A stretch of 64,000 nucleotides of DNA, from the IMG/VR virus record IMGVR_UViG_3300022555_000004. One strand, 5' to 3'. Source of the stretch: a virus. Its lineage: Duplodnaviria > Caudoviricetes. Positions 55,848-64,000 of the stretch are shown here, piece by piece (positions within the stretch are counted from its first letter, which is position 1; each line of letters opens with the position of its first letter). The notes beneath the pieces are model-generated. The model worked only from the letters and a program-made list of their open reading frames with translations, was not told where the DNA came from and searched no databases. Both the position numbers and the translations under genes were made by a program.

Positions 55848-58800
55848 ATGTCAATAATCTCATTCAAATATTCTTTTGTATTTTTAGCTAAAACGATATT
55901 TTTATACATTTCTTTATTTGTATCATATAACCAATTCATTATAGGTGTGGTTTTATCATCTTTGAAACTGATTGTTTTCTTGGCAACTACACTAGATATA
56001 ACAAAGTTACCGCCTGTACCAATACAAATAACACCCTTTGCCTTATTCATAACATAACAATCGTGTTTTATATTTTCTATTTTTGGAACCGTGGCATCCA
56101 ATGATGAAATCGACAAATCAATAATATATTTTGCTCCTAAATTTTCTATAATGTCGTCATATATACAAAACGTATTTTTCTTGACATCTTTTTGTTTATA
56201 TTCGGCAACATCAGCCAGCGCTCGTTCACCAAGTATAACAATTTTATATTTTTTCCGTAAATCTTTTAATATTCCCCAAAACCCATATGATGTAATAGAA
56301 CTTTTATATTTTTTATAATCAAAGGTTCTTACTTTTGTTGTCAAAACAATATAATTATTCTCTTTTAATCCCTGTGGTAATACATCAGATACATTACAAA
56401 AGTATTTTTCTAAAGAATGGTTTTTAGGAATAATTTTTAAATCATCAACATACGTAAGTTCTTTCATATGATCATAGTCTTGGTCGTCTGTTATCGTATA
56501 TTTATCTGTATCATCAAACAATAACGACAATAGGGATGCACAGAATTTATAATATACATTGTTGCCATCCCGATAATTATCAATAATTTCTTGACTAGGC
56601 GATATATAGATTTTATCGTATTTATTTTTGATTTCATCTAAAAATAATTTGTTATATACTATATCACCAATACCCATATAAGATTTTAGTTTTAAGATTG
56701 GTTTTTTATCCATTTTTCCTAATTCTGATAACCAATAAATAAATTTATCAAAATCAATAGTCAAATAGGCATTAGATTTAACTTTACACCAACGATGATA
56801 TAATTCGGTAACTAAAGGTCGTTCATCTTCTTCCCAAAATCCTAATACCTTTCCTGCCATCAATGTCAAACAGAAACCACCACCCATACCTAGTGTTATA
56901 TTATATTCAGCGTCCTTCATATACATACAGTCTTGTTGCAGTCTTTTTAATGTTGCTGATGTTGTTGGTGTATATGATAAATCAACTATATTTTCTTTTG
57001 GAATATTGTCTATAATATCTTTGTATATAACGAATATGTTGTCTGTTTGGTTATTATATTCCGGCCAATTAGGAAGGTTCTGTTCACCTAATATAACAAT
57101 CTTATATTTCATTGATACATCTTTCAATACTTTATAAAATTCATCTTTATGTTTTTCATATGTTGATTTTTTTAATGCTCTGATCTTAGTTGTGATTGTA
57201 ACATATGGCCCAATGTTTAGATATTTACCTTTACAAATTAAACTTTGTAAGTGTTGTGGACTAACAACTTGAATCAAATCACCACCATATAATGTTTCAG
57301 TATTTCGTTTTTGAAAGGATAGATCATTATGTGATTCATAATACGGATCAGAAAACAACAATTTCATATAATCCATTATATATCCTTTCTTGTATGCTGG
57401 TGTTCTCAATTCATCAAAAAATTCGGTATTCGGAGAAATAAGAACCTTACTATATCTATCTTTAGTATAATCCATCATGGCCCTAATCAATAAAAGGTCG
57501 CCAAACCCCATATTAACTTTCATTTTGAATACTGGTTTTTTATCTAATAGTGAGTTGAGTTTTAGGAAAAATGCTTCAATATTATCATATATAAAGGTGC
57601 CAGGATAATTTTTTTGTTTGAATAATATAGGATTGACATCACATGGATTATTTTTAGAATAATAACCAATAACCTTTCCGACAGCTGTTGCCATACAAAA
57701 CGGCCCGCCATTACCAAAAGTTATGTTGTATTCAGCATCTCTCATATAAAGGCATTCTTGTTTTATTTTAGCAATCCTATTTCCCTTTATGGCATTCAAT
57801 GTTGTAAAGGTCAAATCAACTATACGGTCTTTTGGAATAACGTTAATTATGTCATAATACATACTATATACACGATCTTTTAAAATAACTTGTTCCTTAT
57901 ATTTTAAAAGTTCACGTTCACCCATAAGGACTATCTTATATTTGGCAGATAATTTTTTCAATATGTTCAAGAAACGTGCTTTTATTTGTGTGTTATATTC
58001 GGTAATTAGAAGTTCTCTTACTCTGGTGGGAATAACAAGGTATGGGCCAATATTTAACGGTTGCCCCTCACATAGTTCATCTGATAAATTTGGTTTGACT
58101 ATATCAACTCTGTCTATACTTGAAAATGTCCAAGCAAATCTTGGCGGATAGTTCTTATTAGGAACATCTATCGTATAATAAGGCTCTTTGAATAACATTT
58201 TTAACATTGACATCGTAAATGCTAAATCATCTTTATTAGGTTCTCTATATGTGTTGTATGATTCTATATTAGGTGAGATAATAACTTTTTTATATTTATA
58301 ACTTAGATTATCTAATATACTTCTGGAATATAACAAGTCGCCAATACCAAGATTGATTTTCACCTTATAAATTAAATTAGATGGTTGCTTTGTAACATAA
58401 GAATCAATGGATGGGGTTGTCAAAGCATATACAGGTAATTTACCAGCTTCTATTCTATCAATAGGAGCATATAATGTTCCACCACCACATAGTCGTATAA
58501 TTTTTTCTCGTATCTTATTATAATTAGAAGTTGCTGAAATATCCTTCAAACCACTTCTCATATTTCCTCTACGGAATATTACAGCATCAGTTGATATAAA
58601 CTTATTCTGTTCTTGTGATGAAAATGCTTTTTCGGGATCATCTATTGAGAAAACAATAACAGGACATTGTTCCTGATATAAAAAAACAATTTTTTCGATA
58701 TAATCTGTGTGTGGAGTAATATCTTTTGGCAACATAATAATCAAATCATCGTTTGATATGTTTTTTATTTTATTATTGATTTCTTTGAGCGGACGTTCTG

Positions 58801-58870
58801 ATGACAAAAGGATCACTTCGTATCCTTCTATATCGACTTTTTTATAGTCATAGGCAAAAATATAAACCAT
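55844..58870 (-). CDS. multi-module glycosyltransferase-like protein (three tandem GT9/GT-B-like repeats)
   Basis: Three ~280-aa repeats: G.GD, KYKIV..GE., A...I..G.GG. Confidence 0.7.
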   Translation of the reverse strand: MVYIFAYDYKKVDIEGYEVILLSSERPLKEINNKIKNISNDDLIIMLPKDITPHTDYIEKIVFLYQEQCPVIVFSIDDPEKAFSSQEQNKFISTDAVIFRRGNMRSGLKDISATSNYNKIREKIIRLCGGGTLYAPIDRIEAGKLPVYALTTPSIDSYVTKQPSNLIYKVKINLGIGDLLYSRSILDNLSYKYKKVIISPNIESYNTYREPNKDDLAFTMSMLKMLFKEPYYTIDVPNKNYPPRFAWTFSSIDRVDIVKPNLSDELCEGQPLNIGPYLVIPTRVRELLITEYNTQIKARFLNILKKLSAKYKIVLMGERELLKYKEQVILKDRVYSMYYDIINVIPKDRIVDLTFTTLNAIKGNRIAKIKQECLYMRDAEYNITFGNGGPFCMATAVGKVIGYYSKNNPCDVNPILFKQKNYPGTFIYDNIEAFFLKLNSLLDKKPVFKMKVNMGFGDLLLIRAMMDYTKDRYSKVLISPNTEFFDELRTPAYKKGYIMDYMKLLFSDPYYESHNDLSFQKRNTETLYGGDLIQVVSPQHLQSLICKGKYLNIGPYVTITTKIRALKKSTYEKHKDEFYKVLKDVSMKYKIVILGEQNLPNWPEYNNQTDNIFVIYKDIIDNIPKENIVDLSYTPTTSATLKRLQQDCMYMKDAEYNITLGMGGGFCLTLMAGKVLGFWEEDERPLVTELYHRWCKVKSNAYLTIDFDKFIYWLSELGKMDKKPILKLKSYMGIGDIVYNKLFLDEIKNKYDKIYISPSQEIIDNYRDGNNVYYKFCASLLSLLFDDTDKYTITDDQDYDHMKELTYVDDLKIIPKNHSLEKYFCNVSDVLPQGLKENNYIVLTTKVRTFDYKKYKSSITSYGFWGILKDLRKKYKIVILGERALADVAEYKQKDVKKNTFCIYDDIIENLGAKYIIDLSISSLDATVPKIENIKHDCYVMNKAKGVICIGTGGNFVISSVVAKKTISFKDDKTTPIMNWLYDTNKEMYKNIVLAKNTKEYLNEIIDI

Positions 58871-58883
58871 TTAAAAAAACCAT

Positions 58884-59501
58884 TTATCCTTTTATCTTTT
58901 TTATTGGTGTTCCAACATATGTACCGGATTCAGGAATATCTTTTATAACAACACTACCCATTCCTATCGTAACAGTATCCGTTATATTTATATCTTCGAT
59001 ACAAGAAGAATTGGTGCCAAAGTATATTTTTTTGCCTGTTTTTACTTTTCCACTAATATTGACACCCGGCGCAGTTGTAAAATAGTCGCCTAAAACACAA
59101 TCATGCCCTATAGTTGTTGATAAATTTAAGATTGAAAAATCACCAAGTTGTATATCACAAGTCAATATTGTTCCAGCACATATAATAGTTCCCTTACCAA
59201 TATTTATTGTTGAGGGATCTAATAATTGAACAGTTGGATCACATAATACGGGAAAACGCGCATAGGGAAATTTTTGTAATATATTATTGACAACCTTTGA
59301 TCGTAACGATGGATTGCCTAATGCTATAACTATAGGGATAGCAGGATTATAATATTCTTCACTTATAACAGGAACACCATAAATTGGTTCACCATTTTCT
59401 TTATCAACAAATGCTACTGGCGTATGGCCTAATCGTTTTACCAACGCGTATACTTCCTTTGCAAATCCACTTGCGCCAAAAATATTAATATTCATATTCA
59501 T
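58884..59501 (-). CDS. NeuD/PglD/PerB-like sugar N-acetyltransferase
   Basis: IFGASGFAKEV, IALGNP..R, hexapeptide repeats, IGHD, YVGTP. Confidence 0.9.
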   Translation of the reverse strand: MNMNINIFGASGFAKEVYALVKRLGHTPVAFVDKENGEPIYGVPVISEEYYNPAIPIVIALGNPSLRSKVVNNILQKFPYARFPVLCDPTVQLLDPSTINIGKGTIICAGTILTCDIQLGDFSILNLSTTIGHDCVLGDYFTTAPGVNISGKVKTGKKIYFGTNSSCIEDINITDTVTIGMGSVVIKDIPESGTYVGTPIKKIKG

Positions 59502-59785
59502 ACTATGCCCACATCATCTAAAAACCTTTGAACTTGTCGATTTTGAACCACATTAATTGTTCTTTCTACAATTATACGTATTTCCGTTCTTATATTGCCT
59601 GTAATTGCATCTGGTATCAGAGCAACACTATATTGTGCGTCTATATGTGGCTTCAATGAAGAACCATAATTAACTATGCCCTGCGGAATACCAACGTGTC
59701 CTTTGGGCCCATTATGGCCAACTGGCCCAACTGACCCTGTTGGCATATCATCTTTTTTCTTTTTTACAATCAAATCTTCAAACAT
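59498..59785 (-). CDS. hypothetical protein with short G-X-Y stretch
   Basis: GSVGPVGHNGPKGHVG. Confidence 0.45.
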   Translation of the reverse strand: MFEDLIVKKKKDDMPTGSVGPVGHNGPKGHVGIPQGIVNYGSSLKPHIDAQYSVALIPDAITGNIRTEIRIIVERTINVVQNRQVQRFLDDVGIV

Positions 59786-59790
59786 AATTT

Positions 59791-60720
59791 TTATCCTCCG
59801 ATTATTTTACAGATTTCTGAAATCCTTTCTCTATCATCAATTTTTGGTATATTAAAAAATTGTGCATGTTGCCCTTCTTCAGCATAGTCCTTGATGCCAA
59901 ATGCCGTCCAATAATTAGGGTCATCTCCATACAGTCTGGACGGTGCGCTGAAACTAATAAACTTTTTATCCCTATTCAACATGTTTTCACTAACATAAGA
60001 AAATGTGTGAGGGCCGGAATTTCTTCCAATCAACACATCACACTTTGTACTCAAATAACTTATTTCATTCAAATCATTTCCATTACAATCGCCTAATAAA
60101 CCAGATACATAAATGATGTTATCTCCTACTACATTACTTTTATTTGATATATAAAACATTATATCTGGAAATGTTCTGGATAATTCTAATATAATAGGAT
60201 CAAAATCAAACCTTATCGCCTGTTCAGAACCAAATTCATTGTTACAAATTAAAACCTTTCTACATAATGTATCAATGGCATCAATGGGATTAGTGTTATA
60301 CATACCACATTTATAATTTATTTTCGGTAAGAACTGTTTATAATCCTTTGATAATTCTAGTTCAAATACTTCATTTAGAGTTTGATTGAATATATTCCAT
60401 GCGGTAAGAAGTGTGGCACTATGTTTATTGAAATGCGTCCCATTATATGCTAGATATTGGGTATTGATGAATAGTGTGTTATATTCAATATGATACCCTC
60501 TATTATCAAATGTTTTTGGGATTTGTTTAGATGTCCAATACAGAGGAATGCCTAAATCACCCAATGTTTTTATTGATTGTGGGTGGTTTAATCTATACTC
60601 ATATCCATGTATTTTATTTTTGATATACCAGATAAAAGTTCGTATACAATGAAGATCACCTGCGTTGAAATAGTTGCGAAAAACTATAGTATTAAATTTT
60701 TTACTTTTTGACATGACCAC
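59791..60720 (-). CDS. GT-B/GT9-like glycosyltransferase
   Basis: YFNAGDLH, DLNEISYLS..CDVLIGRNSGP. Confidence 0.7.
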   Translation of the reverse strand: MVMSKSKKFNTIVFRNYFNAGDLHCIRTFIWYIKNKIHGYEYRLNHPQSIKTLGDLGIPLYWTSKQIPKTFDNRGYHIEYNTLFINTQYLAYNGTHFNKHSATLLTAWNIFNQTLNEVFELELSKDYKQFLPKINYKCGMYNTNPIDAIDTLCRKVLICNNEFGSEQAIRFDFDPIILELSRTFPDIMFYISNKSNVVGDNIIYVSGLLGDCNGNDLNEISYLSTKCDVLIGRNSGPHTFSYVSENMLNRDKKFISFSAPSRLYGDDPNYWTAFGIKDYAEEGQHAQFFNIPKIDDRERISEICKIIGG

Positions 60721-61427
60721 CCCACAAATTGATTTCTATACATACTCATATATGGTAAATCGTTTTCTCTACAAAAATTTTTTAATCCATCAACCATTTC
60801 TGTTACGCCATCTGGATATATAACCTGCCACATTTTAGTATTTGATATTGTTTTATATTTACCTCTTTTTTGTCCAGTTCTGCTTTTAATCATTTTTTCT
60901 TTAGTTTCTTCTGTATGTTTTTTCCCTTGTCTTGTATTACTCCAATTGTCTAATGTTTCTTTAGTATATACCCCTGTTTTTCCTTTATTCCAAGGGATAT
61001 GCCCTATATGTGATTTGCTCATTTTTTCTATCATATCAGATGAAAATACAAATCCTGATTGGCCATCGCCGCCATTTGTAAGATTACATAATGGCCCTTC
61101 ATGTAAATTCTTTCTTCCAATGGTTAGTATCATTGATACTTCAAGTTCAAGGGCCGATTGTTCTGATATATTATCTTTATATGGTATGATAAATGGATCA
61201 TGGCCACATGTTCTTTGTATTTTTTTAATTGTATTGACAAATAATTTGTTAGAATTAACTTTGAGATTATATTCAGTCAAATGTTTTGTTGATCGCTTAC
61301 CGTGCCCCTTACCGACATAAAATGGCGCATGGTCAAATGTATATTCGCCAAATATATAACGGCCTGGTTTTGTTGGATCAAGATATACATAGACATAAAA
61401 AATTGGTTCATTGTGTTTTGTTTTCAT
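60684..61427 (-). CDS. GIY-YIG-related homing endonuclease with NUMOD3
   Basis: FYVYVYLDP...PFYVGKG...L.NLT.GGDG, GKKHTEETKEKM; GGAG SD favours ATG 61427. Confidence 0.85.
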   Translation of the reverse strand: MKTKHNEPIFYVYVYLDPTKPGRYIFGEYTFDHAPFYVGKGHGKRSTKHLTEYNLKVNSNKLFVNTIKKIQRTCGHDPFIIPYKDNISEQSALELEVSMILTIGRKNLHEGPLCNLTNGGDGQSGFVFSSDMIEKMSKSHIGHIPWNKGKTGVYTKETLDNWSNTRQGKKHTEETKEKMIKSRTGQKRGKYKTISNTKMWQVIYPDGVTEMVDGLKNFCRENDLPYMSMYRNQFVGWSCQKVKNLIL

Positions 61428-61566
61428 AATGTACTCCATGTTGTATTTCAATGTATTTATAATTTTTTGAAATAATTTCAAACACGGATGGTTTATGTTG
61501 TAAAATAAAGAAATCACCATTATTAAAGTAGTTACGAAACACAATAAAATTAAATTTATTTTTCAC
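61408..61566 (-). pseudogene. 5' remnant of the GT gene at 59791-60720
   Basis: VKNKFNFIVFRNYFNNGD matches KSKKFNTIVFRNYFNAGD; contains TATAAATA at 61454-61461. Confidence 0.8.
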
Positions 61567-61576
61567 ATTTTCACCG

Positions 61577-61634
61577 TTTACATTTTATTTTTTATATGGT
61601 AAAATATGCATTAGCAACAGGGCAACCGGATATA
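61577..61634 (-). repeat. ~59-bp dispersed element, copy 2
   Basis: Near-identical to 19137-19195. Confidence 0.85.
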
Positions 61635-61778
61635 TAAATTTTGGAAATTGAGTAATTTGAATATTTTACCTTTTAATTTATATAGATTTTTGTTATAGAT
61701 TTTTATACATTTTACATCAATTTTTAGATAAATTTTAGACAATAAAAAACCCTATACTTTTCAATATAGGGTTTAATA

Positions 61779-62114
61779 TTAGTATCCATTCATTTTAGAT
61801 TCAAAATAAATATCTTCAATTCCAGCATCAAATAATGTTGATTTATGAATATACCATTCTAACAAAATTGATCTAAACCATAGTGGCATATCTTCACAAT
61901 TATTATACATTGAGGTATGGCCTTCAAGTTTAAATACATGTTGGGATACTTGTGTTATATCATCCTTATGAAAACTCATTTCCTTATATGATATATTTGA
62001 TGTAAGCCGTTCCATTCGTTCAATAAAATCATCTAAATTAGTATCTTGTGTTGTAATGAACAGATAGAAACTAGCGGAAGACGAATTTGTTACATGGTCT
62101 AATTTTACTTTCAT
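61779..62114 (-). CDS. 'VTNSSS' family protein 3
   Basis: MKVKLDHVTNSSSASF. Confidence 0.75.
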   Translation of the reverse strand: MKVKLDHVTNSSSASFYLFITTQDTNLDDFIERMERLTSNISYKEMSFHKDDITQVSQHVFKLEGHTSMYNNCEDMPLWFRSILLEWYIHKSTLFDAGIEDIYFESKMNGY

Positions 62115-62115
62115 T

Positions 62116-62478
62116 TTAATATCCACCATCCCCTTGCATAATTTCTATTTCATTATCATCAAACTCAACACCATATAATCCTTCGTCACAAAGGTATTGT
62201 CCTAAACCAGCATCATCACTTGAAGCACTAAGGATTACTATATTTTGACCTTCTTTCAATAATTGAAGGCATTTTTTATAATAGTCATCCGTTTCTGTAT
62301 AACCATAATCCTCCATATAGGTAATCAATTCTTCTTCATTTGTTATAATATTTTCTATCAGGGTAGATAGATCAAAAGATATTTTTGCCTTCAACGGTTT
62401 GGTTGATAATCTTTTAGGAACAGATATAACAAATGATGTGCTTGAACTATTGGTTACAAAATCTAATTTTACTTTCAT
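62116..62478 (-). CDS. 'VTNSSS' family protein 2
   Basis: MKVKLDFVTNSSSTSF. Confidence 0.75.
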   Translation of the reverse strand: MKVKLDFVTNSSSTSFVISVPKRLSTKPLKAKISFDLSTLIENIITNEEELITYMEDYGYTETDDYYKKCLQLLKEGQNIVILSASSDDAGLGQYLCDEGLYGVEFDDNEIEIMQGDGGY

Positions 62479-62479
62479 A

Positions 62480-62869
62480 TTAGTTATACCAAATTTCATC
62501 AATCCAATCAGCTTGTTCAGCAATGCCTAGTTCAGCAAGAACATCATTGACAGATTTTTTGATATCACCGACAGTCATATCATCTGGCATATCTTGTGGG
62601 GTGATACCTATATAAATATTTTCACTATCATTGTCAGTTGTAACTGAAAGTTTCTTTGATGATAAGTAGGCATCTAAAACATCATATATAGCATCTTCTT
62701 CATCAACCGCTAATTTGTATTCATTATATGTTTGTTCTGGTTTCTCAAATTCATATAATTTACGAATAAGATCTTCATTTTCCATCAAATCATTTCGTTC
62801 TAGTGTTACACCCCAAGCGCAGAACGATGTGCTCGAACTATTTGTTACAAAATCCCTTTTTACTTTCAT
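62480..62869 (-). CDS. 'VTNSSS' family protein 1
   Basis: MKVKRDFVTNSSSTSF. Confidence 0.75.
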   Translation of the reverse strand: MKVKRDFVTNSSSTSFCAWGVTLERNDLMENEDLIRKLYEFEKPEQTYNEYKLAVDEEDAIYDVLDAYLSSKKLSVTTDNDSENIYIGITPQDMPDDMTVGDIKKSVNDVLAELGIAEQADWIDEIWYN

Positions 62870-62996
62870 TTTCCTTTCCTCCATCAACAAATTTTATTTT
62901 AAAACCACAACTTGTACAAATATAATACATTCCCCCAACCGCCAACTTTATGAACAGATTTGCAGTTGGGGCAAACGATTATTTCATTATTCATTT

Positions 62997-63434
62997 CTAA
63001 TTCTCCATATAATCAGTTATTCTAAGTATAACAGATTTCATCGGTAAATGTAAACCTGTGCGTAACTTAGTGTAATCAGACAATTTTAAATATTTGAAAC
63101 CATCAATTTCAGGAACCGGATCACCATATGCCTTGGTGGTTGATATACATTTTAATGATGAAATTGGTGGTAGTTTTGATACACGATAGATAAAAATAAC
63201 AACATCTTTCGTTTCATGTAATGGATAAATTCCAATGTAACGAAGTAGAGATTTTTCTAATTTGATACCTGTTTCTTCTTTAAATTCTCTAACAGCAGTT
63301 TCTTGATGTGTTTCGCCCTGTTCACCGACACCTTTAGGCAAATCCCAAAAAGTTGGAACGTCCCCTGTCGGATGAACAGCCAAGAATAATTTGTTATCAG
63401 TGAAAACTATGGCAGACGACACTTTTATGTTCAT
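62997..63434 (-). CDS. NUDIX hydrolase
   Basis: WDLPKGVGEQGETHQETAVREFKEETG. Confidence 0.92.
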   Translation of the reverse strand: MNIKVSSAIVFTDNKLFLAVHPTGDVPTFWDLPKGVGEQGETHQETAVREFKEETGIKLEKSLLRYIGIYPLHETKDVVIFIYRVSKLPPISSLKCISTTKAYGDPVPEIDGFKYLKLSDYTKLRTGLHLPMKSVILRITDYMEN

Positions 63435-63632
63435 TTATACCCTAGCCATTTCCTTTTTTTCTTTGTATTCATTTAGATATGTAAGGGAGCCTGTATTTGG
63501 ATCTTTTACTATTTCTTTGCATAATATGATACAGTCTTCACAAACATGTTGTTCAATACCGTTTTTCTCTATAACAACCCATTTGTTCTTACCCTTAACT
63601 AATTGTTTTCTACATAAATCACATACAAACAT
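63435..63632 (-). CDS. ClpX-type C4 zinc-finger protein
   Basis: CDLCRK...HVCEDCIILCKEIV. Confidence 0.75.
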   Translation of the reverse strand: MFVCDLCRKQLVKGKNKWVVIEKNGIEQHVCEDCIILCKEIVKDPNTGSLTYLNEYKEKKEMARV

Positions 63633-63656
63633 ATTTATTTCCTTTCATTTTTTATT

Positions 63657-64000
63657 TTATAAACCATACGGACATGTAAACGGATCTTTTTTAAGATTAG
63701 TACGAAAGTGTTTGAATATTGGGCTATTATCCCAAACATCTTTAATTGTGTGATAATATAAAGATTCGCCATAAATATCCCTGTCACCATATGAGCATGG
63801 CATCATTACCATATCACAGCCGATATATACACTATATCGGCTTGCTTCACATGTATCCGTGTATAATTTTTCATCTTTCGTGAATGTATCAACTTTACCA
63901 ATCTTACAAAACAAGCATGAATCAGCGCCAATTTTAAATTTATTTCTTTGATTTCTCAAATAAGGAAGAAGTCGTTTTACATCATCATTATTTAAAGACC
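63657..64000 (-). CDS. radical SAM/SPASM protein, C-terminal part (runs off window)
   Basis: G.DSC...CEASRYS.YI...MMPCSY...W.NS..F..FR...CP; frame open to base 64000. Confidence 0.75.
   Translation of the reverse strand, partial: SLNNDDVKRLLPYLRNQRNKFKIGADSCLFCKIGKVDTFTKDEKLYTDTCEASRYSVYIGCDMVMMPCSYGDRDIYGESLYYHTIKDVWDNSPIFKHFRTNLKKDPFTCPYGL

Noticed and set aside
36386-59785. Collagen-like fibre proteins (G-X-Y at 36.4, 47.75 and 59.7 kb)
   Set aside because: Only 4-5 triplets each, too short to call a collagen helix or tail fibre.
2722-63753. Many antisense or nested ORFs in the track (e.g. 2722, 12199, 12765, 22327, 42617, 45358, 50747, 63391)
   Set aside because: Shadows of longer genes with recognisable motifs on the other strand or frame; biased composition and no SD.
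1-64000. Genome-wide TAG (amber) recoding suggested by the CTA tRNA
   Set aside because: Long conserved genes are intact in the standard code, and several genes end in TAG (e.g. 14335, 15885, 19571, 34620) with no meaningful continuation.

Overview
AT-rich 64 kb segment of a large T4-like tailed dsDNA phage. It carries recognisable gp44/gp62/gp45 clamp loader and clamp, gp55 late sigma, gp47/gp46, gp61 primase, UvsX, RNase H, a class II ribonucleotide reductase and a baseplate protein. Left to right: (i) the end of a tRNA cluster with several non-canonical tRNAs and a GIY-YIG endonuclease; (ii) a minus-strand early region of small ORFs behind near-consensus sigma70 promoters, containing a ~1.5 kb non-coding block full of tRNA-like and T-loop-like RNA structures; (iii) a replication/recombination block that includes a complete Ubl-E2-E1-JAB ubiquitin-like conjugation locus, panD, and a Ro60/TROVE gene preceded by three Y-RNA-like units; (iv) a minus-strand nucleotide-sugar/glycosyltransferase cluster. 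Strongest leads: the phage-encoded ubiquitin-like system; three independent homing-endonuclease cassettes that each sit between a truncated and a second copy of the target gene's 5' end; a repeat-built T-loop ncRNA; and the Ro60/Y-RNA array. All family calls come from motif recognition by eye; no database searches or RNA-folding programs were run.
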